A DNA stretch of 64,000 nucleotides from Blepharisma stoltei ATCC 30299 (lineage: Eukaryota; Protista; Ciliophora), in assembly GCA_965603825.1 (NCBI GenBank), contig CBFDEM010000062.1:558001-622000 (forward strand). Reading direction: 5' to 3'. The translations under genes and the position numbers were made by a program. Positions 63,595 through 64,000 of this stretch are shown here, one piece after another. Each line of letters starts with the position of its first letter. Within the stretch, counting starts at the first letter, position 1. The notes beneath the pieces are model-generated. The model worked only from the letters and a program-made list of their open reading frames with translations, was not told the DNA's origin and searched no databases.

Positions 63595-64000
63595 ATGGAA
63601 AGCGAAATTTATAGCTCGCTTTTGAAATCTAATTTATTGAAGGAAAAAATATCTGTGAGGCTGCAGAAGGATGTAGAAAATGAACTGGGGAGCTTGGAAA
63701 GAGAAAGAAAAGAAGCAATTAGGCTGAGCCAACTTGTGCATGAGACTGAAGAAGAGCTTGAACAAGTTAATAGAAAAATCAAAAAATGCTTTGAAAATAA
63801 AGAAATTCTGAGTGAATTATCAATTTCTGGGAAAAAGCTGGAAACTGCAAATACTTTATTTCAAGAAATTTTGGAAGAAAATAAGCTTCTGAGATCACAA
63901 ATTGACTCGTTAAGACAAAATATTATAGCTTGGAAAAGAGTCATTCACACTACACAGACTGAAACTGAAAAATATTCAAAGTTGTCTCAACAGAAAGGTG
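63595..64000 (+). CDS. Coiled-coil protein (3' partial)
   Basis: ATG 63595, open to the window end, E/K/L-rich heptads. Confidence 0.65.
   Translation, partial: MESEIYSSLLKSNLLKEKISVRLQKDVENELGSLERERKEAIRLSQLVHETEEELEQVNRKIKKCFENKEILSELSISGKKLETANTLFQEILEENKLLRSQIDSLRQNIIAWKRVIHTTQTETEKYSKLSQQKG

Noticed and set aside
1-64000. CRISPR arrays, rRNA, tRNA, transposase or prokaryotic operons
   Set aside because: None seen. The sequence is eukaryotic and the repeats are coding repeats or segmental duplications.

Overview
AT-rich, gene-dense eukaryotic nuclear DNA. It is almost certainly from a heterotrich ciliate of the Blepharisma type. TGA is read as Trp: it sits at conserved Trp positions, and the provided ORF fragments join in frame across it. 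TAA and TAG are the only stops, and the introns are tiny (15-16 nt, GT..AG). With that code the window holds about 30 genes. They include Kelch, TPR and pentapeptide-WD40 repeat proteins, two GPI-type Cys-rich surface proteins, a membrane-anchored pepsin-family protease, a TOG-domain (crescerin-like) protein, GCP3, a tetraspanin-like protein, an OSCA/TMEM63 channel, a NUDT19-like Nudix hydrolase and a Rab32/38-like GTPase. There are also pseudogenes (MFS transporter, actin-like, PARP-like). Most notable: (1) a tandem array of four ~1,180-aa receptors, each with two Venus-flytrap-like domains and a ~9-TM module that is not a canonical 7TM; (2) a ~3.4-kb tandem duplication with reciprocal gene decay, one copy carrying a precise 617-bp TAT-bounded, IES-like insertion whose pseudo-GTPase ORF fuses in frame to TMEM63; (3) an unassigned ~300-nt highly structured ncRNA candidate at 60601-60900; (4) a small gene that may be horizontally acquired from Rickettsiales. 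All family assignments come from motifs recognised by eye; no database searches were run.
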